Below are positions 27,446 to 37,665 of a DNA stretch of 64,000 bases, in pieces; the stretch's first letter is position 1; every line of letters starts with the position of its first letter. The stretch comes from an uncultured Nitriliruptoraceae bacterium (GTDB lineage: Bacteria > Actinomycetota > Nitriliruptoria > Nitriliruptorales > Nitriliruptoraceae). Position numbers and translations under genes: made by a program. The notes under the pieces were generated by a model. That model did not search any database, was not told where the DNA came from, and saw only the letters and a list, made by a program, of their open reading frames with translations. The stretch is from the NCBI GenBank assembly GCA_913060655.1, contig CAJXTG010000006.1, positions 340 to 64,339 of the forward strand, in the 5' to 3' direction.

Positions 27446-28252
27446 GTGCCGGTGCCGGTGCGGGCCGCGGTCCGCACCGGCACCGCCGTGCCGCCCGAGC
27501 AGCACCGCACGACCCCGCAGCACCCGCACCACCAGCACCACCTGCAGCATCCGGAGGAGCCGTCGGAGGAGCGACCCGTGAGCGACGACGTGACCGTCGA
27601 GGAACCCAGCGAGCAGGCCCCGGACGTCGACGCGGTCGACGCGGTGGACGTTGCGGAGGCCGACGCGGTGGACGGCGCCCCCGACCACGCCCCGGACGGC
27701 GCGGACGGCGCGGACGCGGCGGAGGCCGACGGGCGCGACCTCGAGGCCCGCGCCGAGGACGACCCGCGCAGCCGCAGCGAGCTGCTCGGCGACCTCGACC
27801 GCACCGAGGCGCAGCGCGACGAGTACCTCGACGACCTGCGCCGCTCCCACGCCGACTTCGAGAACTACCGCAAGCGCGTCGCCCGCGACGTCGCACAGCA
27901 GCGCGACCAGGGCCGCGCCGACGTCGTCGCCGGACTGCTCGAGGTGCTCGACGACCTCGACCGGGTCGTCGACGCGGCCGCGGCGGTGGACACCGAGCCG
28001 CTGCCCGCCGACGCCGGCGCCGTCGTCTCCGGCGTCCGCGTCGTCGCCGACAAGGCGCGACGGGCGCTCGAGGCGCTCGGCGTCGAACGTGTCGCCGACA
28101 CCGGCGTCCCGTTCGACCCGACCGTGCACGACGCCGTCCAGCAGGTCGACGGCGACGGGGTCGAGCAGCCGACCGTCCACGAGGTGCTCCGCCCCGGCTA
28201 CCGCAGTGGCGACCGTGTCGTGCGGGCGGCGATGGTCGTCGTCGCCCAGTGA
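27446..28252 (+). CDS. grpE: nucleotide exchange factor GrpE
   Basis: The GrpE core is RSHADFENYRKRVARD ... GVERV...G.PFDPTVHDAV...GYR.GDRVVRAAMV. GTG 27446 lies 1 nt after the hsp20 stop, and GC3 is near 95% from there on. GTG 27578 with GGAGGAG upstream is an alternative start. Confidence 0.9.
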   Translation: MPVPVRAAVRTGTAVPPEQHRTTPQHPHHQHHLQHPEEPSEERPVSDDVTVEEPSEQAPDVDAVDAVDVAEADAVDGAPDHAPDGADGADAAEADGRDLEARAEDDPRSRSELLGDLDRTEAQRDEYLDDLRRSHADFENYRKRVARDVAQQRDQGRADVVAGLLEVLDDLDRVVDAAAAVDTEPLPADAGAVVSGVRVVADKARRALEALGVERVADTGVPFDPTVHDAVQQVDGDGVEQPTVHEVLRPGYRSGDRVVRAAMVVVAQ

Positions 28253-28314
28253 CCGTGGCGACGGACGAGGACGGACACCCCGGGACGCCCCCGAGGGGAT
28301 GACGGAGGGACGCG

Positions 28315-29463
28315 ATGGCACCGCAGCGCGAGTGGCTCGAGCGGGACTACTACGCGACGCTGGGCGTGGCCAAGGACGCGACCGCCGACGAGATCAAGAA
28401 GGCCTACCGCCGGCTCGCCCGCGAGCACCATCCGGACGCACGCCCCGACGACGCGCGCGCCGAGGCCCGCTTCAAGGAGATCGGCGAGGCGTACGCCGTC
28501 GTCGGTGACCCCGCGACGCGCAAGGAGTACGACGAGCTGCGTCGGCTCGGTGCCGCCGGGTTCGGCGGCATGCCCGGCGGCGGCTTCCCCGGCGGTCCCG
28601 GTGGCTTCGGTGGCGCGGACCTCGGCGACCTCCTCGGGCAGATGTTCGGCGCGGGCGGCGGCCCCGGCCGCGGTCGGGCCCGCAGCGGGCGCGGCCGACC
28701 CCGCCGCGGCGCCGACGTCGAGACCGACCTGCACCTCACGTTCGAGGACGCGCTGTCGGGCATCTCCACGACGCTCAACGTCACCACCGACGGGCCCTGC
28801 ACGACGTGCAAGGGCAGCGGGGCCGCGCCCGGCTCCAGCCGGGTGACCTGCACCGGCTGCGGCGGCACCGGCGAGACCGTCGTCGACCAGGGCATGTTCT
28901 CGTTCGCCCAGCCGTGCGGCCGCTGCGGCGGCGCCGGCACCGTCGTCGAGACCCCCTGCCGCACCTGCTCCGGCAGCGGCCGCGTCCTCACCCCCCGCCG
29001 CATCCAGGTGCGCATCCCCGCCGGCGTGCGCGACGGCGCGACGGTGCGGGTCGCCGGACGCGGGCAGGCCGGCCGGGACGGCGGACCCGCCGGCGACGTC
29101 CTCGTCCGCGTCCGCGTCGCCGACCACCCGCTGTTCGGCCGCCGCGGCGACGACGTCACCCTCGAGCTGCCCCTCACCTTCGCGGAGGCGGCGCTCGGCA
29201 CCACCGTCGCCGTCCCCACCCCGGCGGGCGCGTCCCGACGGATCCGCATCCCCGCCGGCACCCAGCCCGGCAAGGTGCTGCGGCTGCGCGGCGAGGGCGC
29301 CCCCCGCACCCGCGGCTCCGGCTCGGGCGACCTGCTCGTCACCGTCCGCGTCGAGGTCCCCGAACGGCTCGACGCGGAGCAGGAGCGGCTCGTCCGCGAG
29401 CTCGCCGGCCACGACGACACCAGCCGGCGCGACGCCACCTTCGGCGTCCCCACGGAGGCCTGA
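28315..29463 (+). CDS. dnaJ: molecular chaperone DnaJ
   Basis: The J-domain is DYYATLGV...YRRLAREHHPD. A G/F region follows, then four CxxCxGxG zinc-finger repeats. Confidence 0.96.
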   Translation: MAPQREWLERDYYATLGVAKDATADEIKKAYRRLAREHHPDARPDDARAEARFKEIGEAYAVVGDPATRKEYDELRRLGAAGFGGMPGGGFPGGPGGFGGADLGDLLGQMFGAGGGPGRGRARSGRGRPRRGADVETDLHLTFEDALSGISTTLNVTTDGPCTTCKGSGAAPGSSRVTCTGCGGTGETVVDQGMFSFAQPCGRCGGAGTVVETPCRTCSGSGRVLTPRRIQVRIPAGVRDGATVRVAGRGQAGRDGGPAGDVLVRVRVADHPLFGRRGDDVTLELPLTFAEAALGTTVAVPTPAGASRRIRIPAGTQPGKVLRLRGEGAPRTRGSGSGDLLVTVRVEVPERLDAEQERLVRELAGHDDTSRRDATFGVPTEA

Positions 29464-29464
29464 C

Positions 29465-30148
29465 ATGTCCGAGGCGCAGCGGTTCCTCGACCCCGCCGAG
29501 GGCGGCTGGTCGTGGTCGCGTCGTCCGCCCCACCCCGGCGACGCCCCCCACCCCGGCGACGCCGCCCGCCCCGCCACCGTCGACGCCGACGACGCGGTGG
29601 GCGAGTCGCGCGGGCCCGCCGACGCGGCGTCGGACGCGGCCGCCGGCATGGGCGCCGACCACGACCTCCCCACCTACGTCATCTCCGTCGCCGCGGAGAT
29701 GGCCGAGCTGCACCCGCAGACGCTGCGGGCCTACGAGCGCGACGGGCTCCTCCAGCCGTTCCGCACGCCCGGCGGCACCCGCCGCTACTCGCCGCGCGAC
29801 GTCGAACGGCTGCGCCTGATCCGCCGGCTCACCCAGGACGAGGGGCTCAACCTCGCCGGCGTGCGGCTCGTCCTCGAGATGGGCGAGCGGCTCGAGCACT
29901 CCCGCCGTCGCATCGGCGAGCTCGAGGAGATGGTGCGGGTGCTCGCCGCCCGGGTCGAGCAGCGGCCCGCCGGCGACCGCTTCGAGATCGTCAAGGCCCC
30001 GCCCGCCGGGATGGAGGTGCACCGCTCGTCGCGGCGCACCGGCACCCGCACCGCCCCACCCGTGCAGCGGGCCCGACCCCTGCCCCCGCCCGAGCTGCGC
30101 ACCGCCGGCAGCGGCGGTCCCGGCGGCCGTCCCGAGAGGAGCGCCTGA
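29465..30148 (+). CDS. hspR: heat-shock transcriptional repressor HspR (MerR family)
   Basis: The MerR HTH is YVISVAAEMAELHPQTLRAYERDGLLQPFRTPGGTRRYSPRDVERLRLI. The position directly after dnaJ is typical of HspR. Confidence 0.9.
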   Translation: MSEAQRFLDPAEGGWSWSRRPPHPGDAPHPGDAARPATVDADDAVGESRGPADAASDAAAGMGADHDLPTYVISVAAEMAELHPQTLRAYERDGLLQPFRTPGGTRRYSPRDVERLRLIRRLTQDEGLNLAGVRLVLEMGERLEHSRRRIGELEEMVRVLAARVEQRPAGDRFEIVKAPPAGMEVHRSSRRTGTRTAPPVQRARPLPPPELRTAGSGGPGGRPERSA

Positions 30149-32733
30149 TGGACCTCGAACGTCTCACCTCCCGTTCGAAGGACGCGCTGCGCGCCGCCCT
30201 CACCCTGGCCCGCGACCGCAACCACCCGGAGGCCGGCACCGCCCACCTGCTGATGGCGCTGCTCGACCAGCCGGAGGGGCTGACGATGCCGCTGCTGCAG
30301 CGCGCCGGCGCGAACCCCGCCGACGTGCGCCGACGGCTCGACGACGTCCTCGGCACCCTCCCCGCCGCGTACGGCGCGACCGGCGAGGCGCGCATCGCCG
30401 ACCCGCTGGTGCGCACCCTCGAGGCGGCGCTGACCGAGGCGCAGGGGCTCGGCGACGAGTACGCGTCGACCGAGCATCTGGTGCTCGCCATGCTCGCCGG
30501 CTCCGACCGCACCGCCGGCGTGCTGCGCGACGCCGGCCTCGCCCGCGACGCGCTGCTCACCGCCCTGCAGACGATCCGCGGCACGCAGCGCGTCACCTCG
30601 CCCGACCCGGAGTCGACCTACGAGGCGCTCGAGAAGTACTCGCGCGACCTGACCGCCGCCGCCCGCGAGGGCCGGCTCGACCCCGTCATCGGTCGTGACG
30701 AGGAGATCCGCCGCGCCATCCAGGTGCTCGTCCGCCGCACGAAGAACAACCCGGTGCTGATCGGCGAGCCGGGCGTCGGCAAGACCGCCATCGTCGAGGG
30801 GCTCGCCCGCCGCATCATCGAGGGCGACGTCCCCACGCTGCTGAAGGACAAGACGCTCGTCGAGCTCGACCTGTCGGCGATGGTCGCCGGGGCGAAGTAC
30901 CGCGGCGAGTTCGAGGAGCGGCTCAAGGCCGTCCTCAAGGAGATCGAGGCGTCCGACGGGCGCATCATCACCTTCATCGACGAGCTGCACACCGTCGTCG
31001 GCGCCGGCGCCGCCGAGGGCGCGATGGACGCGGCCAACATGCTCAAGCCGCTGCTCGCCCGCGGCCGGCTGCGCATGATCGGTGCGACGACGCTCAGCGA
31101 GTACCGCGAGATCGAGAAGGACGCGGCGCTCGAGCGGCGCTTCCAGCCCGTCCACGTCGACGAGCCGTCCGTGCCCGACACGATCGGGATCCTCCGTGGC
31201 CTCAAGGAGCGCTACGAGGTCCACCACGGGGTGCGCATCACCGACGACGCGATCGTCGCCGCCGCGAAGCTGTCGCACCGCTACCTCACCGAACGCTTCC
31301 TGCCCGACAAGGCCATCGACCTGCTCGACGAGGCCGCGGCCGGCCTGCGCATCGCCATCGACTCGCTGCCGCCGGAGATCGACGAGGTCGACCGGCGCCG
31401 CCGGCAGCTGGAGATCGAACGGGTCGGGCTCGCCAGCGAGGAGTCGGCGAGCGCGCGGCAGCGGCTCACCGACCTGGAGGTGGAGCTCGCCGAGCTCGGC
31501 GAACGGCTGGACGCGATGAAGGCGCGCTGGCAGCAGGAGAAGGACGCGATCGCCGGCCTGCAGGCGCTGCGCGAGGAGCTCGAGGCGACCCGTGAGCGGG
31601 CCGCCGCCGCCGAACGGGAGGGGGCGCTCGAGCGCACCGCCGAGCTGCGCTACGGGACCATCCCCGAGCTCGAACGGCGGCTCGAGGCCGCCGAGGCGGA
31701 GATGACGGCGCTGCGCGCGTCCGGCGAGTCCCTCCTCGAGGAGGAGGTCACCGAGACCGAGATCGCCCAGGTCGTCGGCCGCTGGACCGGCGTCCCCGTC
31801 ACCCGGCTGCTCGAGTCCGAGTCGGCGAAGCTCGCCCGGCTCGAGGACGAGCTGCACGAGCGGGTCATCGGCCAGGACGCCGCCGTCGGCGCCGTCGCCA
31901 ACGCGGTGCGCCGCTCCCGGGCCGGCCTCGCCGACCCCGACCGGCCGCTCGGCTCGTTCCTGTTCCTCGGCCCGACCGGTGTCGGCAAGACGGAGCTCGC
32001 CCGCACGCTCGCCGCGTTCCTGTTCGACGACGAGCAGGCGCTCGTGCGCATCGACATGGGCGAGTTCCAGGAGAAGCACTCGGTGTCGCGGCTCATCGGC
32101 GCGCCCCCCGGCTACGTCGGCTACGAGGACGCCGGGCAGCTCACCGAGGCGGTCCGCCGCCGGCCCTACCGCGTCATCCTCCTCGACGAGGTCGAGAAGG
32201 CGCACCCGGACGTGTTCAACGTGCTGCTGCAGCTGCTCGACGACGGCCGGCTCACCGACGGGCAGGGCCGCACCGTCGACTTCCGCAACGTCGTCGTCAT
32301 CATGACGTCGAACCTCGGCTCCACGCACATCCTCGACGTGACGCTCACGCCGGAGGAGCTGCGCGAGCGCGTCATGGTCGACGTCCGCAGCCACTTCCGG
32401 CCCGAGTTCCTCAACCGCATCGACGAGACCGTCATCTTCGACCGGCTCGGTGCGGACGAGCTGCGTGCCATCGTCGACGTGCAGCTCGAACGGCTGCGCG
32501 CCCGCCTCGCCGAGCGCGACCTCACCCTCGACGTCACCGACGCCGGCAAGGACCTGCTCGCCCGCGTCGGCCACGACCCCGTCTACGGCGCACGGCCGCT
32601 GAAACGCGCGATCCGCAGCCAGGTCGAGGACCCGCTGGCGCTCGCCCTCCTCGAGGGGCGCATCGGCGGGGCGGGCACCGTCACCGTCGACGCCGACGGG
32701 GACCACGTCGTCCTCCGCGGCGGCGGCGGATGA
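30148..32733 (+). CDS. clpB: ATP-dependent chaperone ClpB
   Basis: The Clp_N domain, two AAA+ modules ([15 protein letters not shown] and [12 protein letters not shown]) and a long middle coiled coil are present. ATG 30148 shares one nt with the hspR stop. Confidence 0.97.
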   Translation: MDLERLTSRSKDALRAALTLARDRNHPEAGTAHLLMALLDQPEGLTMPLLQRAGANPADVRRRLDDVLGTLPAAYGATGEARIADPLVRTLEAALTEAQGLGDEYASTEHLVLAMLAGSDRTAGVLRDAGLARDALLTALQTIRGTQRVTSPDPESTYEALEKYSRDLTAAAREGRLDPVIGRDEEIRRAIQVLVRRTKNNPVLIGEPGVGKTAIVEGLARRIIEGDVPTLLKDKTLVELDLSAMVAGAKYRGEFEERLKAVLKEIEASDGRIITFIDELHTVVGAGAAEGAMDAANMLKPLLARGRLRMIGATTLSEYREIEKDAALERRFQPVHVDEPSVPDTIGILRGLKERYEVHHGVRITDDAIVAAAKLSHRYLTERFLPDKAIDLLDEAAAGLRIAIDSLPPEIDEVDRRRRQLEIERVGLASEESASARQRLTDLEVELAELGERLDAMKARWQQEKDAIAGLQALREELEATRERAAAAEREGALERTAELRYGTIPELERRLEAAEAEMTALRASGESLLEEEVTETEIAQVVGRWTGVPVTRLLESESAKLARLEDELHERVIGQDAAVGAVANAVRRSRAGLADPDRPLGSFLFLGPTGVGKTELARTLAAFLFDDEQALVRIDMGEFQEKHSVSRLIGAPPGYVGYEDAGQLTEAVRRRPYRVILLDEVEKAHPDVFNVLLQLLDDGRLTDGQGRTVDFRNVVVIMTSNLGSTHILDVTLTPEELRERVMVDVRSHFRPEFLNRIDETVIFDRLGADELRAIVDVQLERLRARLAERDLTLDVTDAGKDLLARVGHDPVYGARPLKRAIRSQVEDPLALALLEGRIGGAGTVTVDADGDHVVLRGGGG

Positions 32734-34175
32734 GGACGGACGCGACGGTCGTCGGCTCGGGGCCCAACGGGCTCGCCGCAGCCCTCACCCTCGCACGCGA
32801 GGGGTTCCGCGTCACCGTCCTCGAGGCGGCCGACGAACCGGGCGGCGGCACCCGCACGTTCGCCGACCCGGCCGTCGACGGCCTGCTGCACGACCACTGC
32901 GCCGCCGTCCACCCGTTCGGCATCGGCTCCCCCTACCTGCGCACGCTCCCGCTCGACCGCTACGGCCTCGAGTGGCTGCAGCCGGAGGTCGCCTGCGCCC
33001 ACCCGCTCGACGACGGCGACGCGGTGCTGCTGCACCGCGACCTCGACGAGACCGTCGCCGGCCTCGGCGCCGACGGCGCCTGGTGGCGACGCCTGTTCGC
33101 CGGTCCGGCGCGCGACTTCGACGCGCTCGCCACGGCGCTGCTCGGCCCGCTCGTGCGCGTCCCCCGCAACCCGTTGCTGCTCGCCCGCAACGGGCTCCTG
33201 TCGCTCGCCCCCGCGTCGGTCACCGCCGCCGGGTTCGCCGAGGGCCGCGGCGGGCGCGGTGCGGCGCTGCTCGGCGGCGTCGCCGCGCACGCCGTCTCCC
33301 CGCTGGACGCGCCCGGCACGACCGGTGTCGCGACGCTGCTGATCGCCGCCGCGCACGCCCGCGGCTGGCCGGTCGCCCGCGGCGGGTCGCAGGCGATCTG
33401 GCGGGCGATGGTCGCGCTGCTCGAGGAGCTCGGCGGCGAGGTCGTCACCGGCGTGCGGGTGCGGTCCCTGCGCGACGTGCCCCGCAGCCGCGTCGTCCTG
33501 TTCGACACCGACCCCGGCCAGCTCGCCGACATCCTCGGCGACGCGGCCGATGCACGGGAGCAGCGGCGGCTGCGCGGCTGGCGGCACGCGTCCGCCGCCG
33601 CGTTCAAGGTCGACCTGGCCGTGCGCGGCGGCGTGCCATGGGCGGCGGAGGGGGCACGCCGCGCGGGGACCCTCCACCTCGGCGGCCCGTTCGACACCGT
33701 CGCCGCGTCGGAGGCGGCCAGCAGCGGCGGGCGGATGCCCGAGCGGCCCTACGTGCTCGTGTCGCAGCCGGCCGTCGCGGACCCGTCGCGGCGCGTCGGC
33801 GACGTCGAGCCGGTGTGGGCGTACGCGCACGTGCCCGCCGGCGACGCCGCCCCCGACGCCGACGTCGCCCGCGACGCGATCCTCGGCGAGCTCGAGCGGG
33901 CCGCACCGGGGCTCGCCGGGCGCATCGTCGCGACGCACGTGACCACCCCCGCCGGCTTCGCCGCCGACAACCCGAACCTCGTCGGGGGCGACATCACCGG
34001 CGGAGCGCTCACGCTGCGCCAGCTCGTCGCCCGCCCGCGGCTCGGCCCCGACCCGTACGCGACGAGCGTGCCCGGCGCCTACCTGTGCTCCGCGTCGACC
34101 GCACCCGGCGCCGGCGTGCACGGGATGTGCGGCCACCATGCGGCCCGCTCGGCGCTGCGGGTGCTCACCCGCTGA
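32730..34175 (+). CDS. phytoene desaturase (CrtI)-family NAD(P)/FAD-dependent oxidoreductase
   Basis: The dinucleotide-binding motif is VVGSGPNGLAAALTLAREG..V.VLEA...GG. The ATG overlaps the clpB stop (ATGA). The substrate is not inferable. Confidence 0.85.
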   Translation: MRTDATVVGSGPNGLAAALTLAREGFRVTVLEAADEPGGGTRTFADPAVDGLLHDHCAAVHPFGIGSPYLRTLPLDRYGLEWLQPEVACAHPLDDGDAVLLHRDLDETVAGLGADGAWWRRLFAGPARDFDALATALLGPLVRVPRNPLLLARNGLLSLAPASVTAAGFAEGRGGRGAALLGGVAAHAVSPLDAPGTTGVATLLIAAAHARGWPVARGGSQAIWRAMVALLEELGGEVVTGVRVRSLRDVPRSRVVLFDTDPGQLADILGDAADAREQRRLRGWRHASAAAFKVDLAVRGGVPWAAEGARRAGTLHLGGPFDTVAASEAASSGGRMPERPYVLVSQPAVADPSRRVGDVEPVWAYAHVPAGDAAPDADVARDAILGELERAAPGLAGRIVATHVTTPAGFAADNPNLVGGDITGGALTLRQLVARPRLGPDPYATSVPGAYLCSASTAPGAGVHGMCGHHAARSALRVLTR

Positions 34176-34274
34176 CGCGGGCGGCACGCCGGGCGTAGGA
34201 TGCGGGCCGGCTCCCCACGGCGCGCACCAACCCCTGTCCGCACCGCACACCGTGCCTCGACTCCCGGAGCGACC

Positions 34275-35423
34275 ATGCGCATCGGCATCCTCACCGGCGG
34301 CGGCGACGTCCCCGGTCTCAACCCCAGCATCAAGGCCGTCGTCGAACGTGTCACGTCCGAGGGCCACGAGGTCCTCGGCATCAAGCGCGGCTGGGGCGGC
34401 CTGCTCGAGTTCGACCTCGACGACCCCGGCTCGCTCGAGCGCAACACCCGGCCGCTCGACTACGCGGCGGTGCGCACCATCGACCGCACCGGCGGCACCT
34501 TCCTCCACACGTCCCGCACGAACCCCGGACGGGTCCGCGCCAAGGACCTGCCGGCGTTCCTCGCCGGCCAGGAGGAGGGCGAGGAGCCGTACGACTTCAC
34601 GCCGCACGCGCTGCGGGTGCTCGAACGGCTGCAGCTGGACGCGCTCATCGCCATCGGCGGTGACGACACGCTGTCCTACGCGCGCCGGCTGCACGAGGAG
34701 GGGTTCGCGGTCACCGCGATCCCGAAGACGATGGACAACGACGTCCACGGGACCGACTACTGCATCGGCTTCTCGACGGCCGTCACCCGCAGCGTCGAGT
34801 TCATCCACCAGCTGCGCACCTCCACCGGCTCGCACGAACGGCTCGCCGTCGTCGAGCTGTTCGGCCGCTACTCCGGCGAGACGTCGCTGATCTCCGCCTA
34901 CCTCGCGAGCGTCGACCGGGCGCTCATCTCCGAGGTCCCCTTCGACCCGGAGAAGCTCGCCGCCCTGCTGATGGACGACAAGCGCCGCAACCCGTCGAAC
35001 TACGCGATGTGCACCGTGTCGGAGGGCGCGACGATCGTCGACGGCGAGGTGCACCTCTCCGGCGAGGAGGACCCGTACGGGCACCGCAAGCTCGGCGGCA
35101 TCGGCCAGACGACGGGGCAGCTGCTCAAGGAGATCACCGGGCAGGACATCGTCGCGCAGGAGCTCGGCTACCTGATGCGCTCGGGTCGGCCCGACTCGCT
35201 CGACCTGATGGTCGCGACGAACTTCGCCGTCATGGCCGCCGACCACACGATGGCCGGGGAGCACGGCCGCATGATGGCGCTGCGCGGCGGGACCTACACG
35301 AACGTGCCGCTGATGGAGACCGGCGCGGGCGTGAAGCGGGTCGACGTCGAGGCGCTGTACGACGTCGGCGCCTACCGGCCGAAGGTCCGGCAGGTCGAGG
35401 GCAAGCCGATGTTCCTGTACTGA
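34275..35423 (+). CDS. pfp: 6-phosphofructokinase, sequence features of the PPi-dependent type
   Basis: Motifs seen are [26 protein letters not shown] and IPKTMDNDV. Asp and Lys occupy the positions equivalent to E. coli PfkA Gly104 and Gly124. Confidence 0.9.
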   Translation: MRIGILTGGGDVPGLNPSIKAVVERVTSEGHEVLGIKRGWGGLLEFDLDDPGSLERNTRPLDYAAVRTIDRTGGTFLHTSRTNPGRVRAKDLPAFLAGQEEGEEPYDFTPHALRVLERLQLDALIAIGGDDTLSYARRLHEEGFAVTAIPKTMDNDVHGTDYCIGFSTAVTRSVEFIHQLRTSTGSHERLAVVELFGRYSGETSLISAYLASVDRALISEVPFDPEKLAALLMDDKRRNPSNYAMCTVSEGATIVDGEVHLSGEEDPYGHRKLGGIGQTTGQLLKEITGQDIVAQELGYLMRSGRPDSLDLMVATNFAVMAADHTMAGEHGRMMALRGGTYTNVPLMETGAGVKRVDVEALYDVGAYRPKVRQVEGKPMFLY

Positions 35424-35426
35424 CCG

Positions 35427-35861
35427 TCAGCCGAGCCGGCGGAAGTCCCAGCTGCGCTCGGCGGACAGCGCCAGCGCGAACCACGTGTGATGGTCGGCGT
35501 GCGGGAGCGGCTCGTCGCTGCCGAAGTACTTGTGCGCGTAGGCGGCCCGGACGGCCACCGGCACGTCGTCGTCGGCGACCCGTGTCGGCGTCGCCCGGGC
35601 GCTGAGGCCGTGGAGCTCGTGGTAGTCCCGTCCGGCGTCGATCGTGACGCCGCAGCGGCCGCCGGCCTCGAGCCGACCGGTCCGACGGGCCCGGTTCAGG
35701 TTCCACACCCACAGCTCGCCCCGCGCGTCCGGCTGCGCGACGAACCACAGCGGCACGACCGCCGGCCAGCCGTCGTCATCCACGGTCGCGAGCCGCAGCA
35801 CGCGCGCCTCGGCGAGGAACTCCCGGCGCACGTCCGCGGGCATCGTCAGGTCCGGTGCCAT
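35427..35861 (-). CDS. pyridoxamine 5'-phosphate oxidase family protein
   Basis: The split-barrel pattern is FLAEARVLRLATVDDDGWPAVVPLWF. It is convergent with pfp, with only 3 nt between the two stops. Confidence 0.8.
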   Translation of the reverse strand: MAPDLTMPADVRREFLAEARVLRLATVDDDGWPAVVPLWFVAQPDARGELWVWNLNRARRTGRLEAGGRCGVTIDAGRDYHELHGLSARATPTRVADDDVPVAVRAAYAHKYFGSDEPLPHADHHTWFALALSAERSWDFRRLG

Positions 35862-36007
35862 CCGCGGACCCTCCCTCCGGTCGGCGCCCGGCCGACCCCC
35901 GAGGCCGACCCTCGACCGACGTGCGGCGACGGCCCGGGCGACGCTAGTGGCGCGGCCGGGGCGGAGGTGTGGGGAACAGCCGGGGGACGCCCGGCGTTAC
36001 CCTCACC

Positions 36008-36418
36008 ATGATGACCGAACCCACCGCCCCCCGTCCGCTGCGCCGCCGCCTCCGCCGCGTCGCCCTCGCCGCCGCGCTCGTCGCGACGCTCGGCACGGCC
36101 GCGGCCTGCTCGTCCGACGACGGGCAGTCGGCCGCCGAGGCCCTCCCACCCGGCACGATGCTCATCGACGTGCGCACCCCCGGCGAGTTCGCCGAGGGGC
36201 ACCTCGACGGGGCGGTCAACCTGCCGGTGGAGCTGCCCACGTTCCCCGACCAGGTCGCGCTCCTCGACCCGGACATGGAGTACCTCGTGTACTGCCGCAC
36301 CGGCCGACGCGCCGGCGTCGCGATCGAGTACATGGAGTCGACGCTGGGGCTGACCGCACGCAACCTCGGATCCCTCGAGGCGGCGTCGGCCGAGACCGGC
36401 GTCCGCATCGTGCGATGA
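36008..36418 (+). CDS. rhodanese-like domain lipoprotein
   Basis: The lipobox is TAAACS. The rhodanese pattern is LIDVRTPGEFAEGHLDGAVNLP with the active-site loop YCRTGRRAG. Confidence 0.85.
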   Translation: MMTEPTAPRPLRRRLRRVALAAALVATLGTAAACSSDDGQSAAEALPPGTMLIDVRTPGEFAEGHLDGAVNLPVELPTFPDQVALLDPDMEYLVYCRTGRRAGVAIEYMESTLGLTARNLGSLEAASAETGVRIVR

Positions 36419-36666
36419 CGTCCGGCCCGGCCGACCCGTTCGCGCCGGTCGAGGCGTCGCCGCGTGGGGCCGGGCTCCTCGTCGCCGTCGCCGCCGTGCT
36501 CGGGGTCGCCGCCCTGCTGGCCGGGCTCGCACCGGTCGCCGGCCCGGTCGGCATGCTCGTCGGCCTCGTCGCCCACGTGAAGGGGCACCGGCTGGGGATG
36601 CCCGTCACCGTCGCCGTCGGCCTGCTCATGATCGTCGGCATGACGATCACCCTCTACCTGCGCTGA
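36415..36666 (+). CDS. small membrane protein (hypothetical)
   Basis: The ATG overlaps the rhodanese stop (ATGA). Hydrophobic segments include GLLVAVAAVLGVAALLAGLA and MPVTVAVGLLMIVGMTITLY. Confidence 0.6.
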   Translation: MTSGPADPFAPVEASPRGAGLLVAVAAVLGVAALLAGLAPVAGPVGMLVGLVAHVKGHRLGMPVTVAVGLLMIVGMTITLYLR

Positions 36667-36718
36667 CCCGGCTGCGCTGACCCGGCTGCGCTGACCGGGC
36701 CGCGTCGACCGGGCCGCG
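36658..36718. repeat. 14-bp tandem repeat x3 (contains the stop codon) followed by a 12-mer repeated twice at 14-bp spacing
   Basis: ctgcgctgacccgg occurs at 36658 and 36672, and as ctgcgctgaccgg at 36686. Then gaccgggccgcg occurs at 36693 and 36707. Confidence 0.8.
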
Positions 36719-36735
36719 GCGTGCGCCCGTGCGGC

Positions 36736-37665
36736 TCAGCCGGTCGCGCCACCCTCACGCAGGCTGCGCTGCAGGGCGTCCCGCAGTCCGCTCAGCGGCC
36801 CGGCCGCCCGCGTCCCCGCGGGCAGCGCGTCCTCCAGGCCGGCGAAGCCCGGACCGCCCACGACGAGCCGCGCCCCGCTGAGCGCCGGCGGTGCGTCGAC
36901 GAACCGGCGGGCCGCCGCCGGGTCGACCGCACCGATGAGCACCACGTCAGGTCCGATCGTCGCGACGCTGCGCTCGAGGGCCGCCACCGGCGTGTCCGCC
37001 CCGAGGTAGGTGACCTGCAGGCCGAGGTCGGCGGCGACGGCCGCAGCGGCCAGCACCCCGAGCTCGTGCGCTTCACCGGACGGGGCGGCCGCGACGCAGC
37101 GGGGTGCGGCCGCCGGGCGCGCCGCCGTGACCATGCGCATCAGCCGCGGCCGCAGGCTGCTCGTCGCGAAGTGCTCGGCGGCGATCAGCGACGGATCCTC
37201 CTGCCAGCCCTCGCCGAGGTCGCGCAGCACCGGCATGACGACCTGCTCGAGCGCGTGCGCCACCCCGAGGCGGGCGACCGCATCGTCGACGACCGACTCG
37301 GCCCGCGGCGCGTCGTAGGCCCGCACCGCCGCGGCGAGGTCGTCGCGGGCACGGCGCACCGCCGGGACCGTCGCGTCCGGCGTCGCGGCCGCGTCGGGCC
37401 CCGCCGGGTCACCGACCAGCCCGAGGCGGGCGGGCGCGCGCTCGGCGGTCACCGACCGGGCCGCCGCGCCCACCGACCAGCCCTGCCCGGTGAGCCGCAG
37501 GACGGCCAGGACCCGGTCGACGTCCTCCTCCGAGTACAGCCGGTGGCCACCGTCGGTCCGTGCCGGCCGCAGCACCCCGTAGCGGGACTCCCAGGCGCGC
37601 AGGGTCGTCACCGCCACGCCGGTGCGGCGGGCGACGGCGCCGATGCGCAGGGCGGGCGTCTCCAA
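36736..37665 (-). CDS. MerR-family regulator with cobalamin-binding domain (CarH/LitR-like)
   Basis: The N-terminal MerR HTH is LRIGAVARRTGVAVTTLRAWESRYGV. The Wx9EH cap motif (GWQEDPSLIAAEHF) and the lower-ligand motif ExHxxG (GEAHELG) are both present, followed by the downstream VVGGPG. Confidence 0.85.
   Translation of the reverse strand: METPALRIGAVARRTGVAVTTLRAWESRYGVLRPARTDGGHRLYSEEDVDRVLAVLRLTGQGWSVGAAARSVTAERAPARLGLVGDPAGPDAAATPDATVPAVRRARDDLAAAVRAYDAPRAESVVDDAVARLGVAHALEQVVMPVLRDLGEGWQEDPSLIAAEHFATSSLRPRLMRMVTAARPAAAPRCVAAAPSGEAHELGVLAAAAVAADLGLQVTYLGADTPVAALERSVATIGPDVVLIGAVDPAAARRFVDAPPALSGARLVVGGPGFAGLEDALPAGTRAAGPLSGLRDALQRSLREGGATG

Noticed and set aside
24565-27804. 1079-aa minus-strand ORF across dnaK, hsp20 and grpE. 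There are similar long antisense ORFs at 29785-32706 (clpB), 39337-41754 (purA/purD), 58094-60166, 60282-62936 (purL), 32583-35264 and 5871-7580.
   Set aside because: All are mirror frames of well-supported genes, with low-complexity Arg/Gly/Asp composition. Only the last 71 codons of 60282-62936 were kept, as a tentative small membrane gene in a real intergenic gap.
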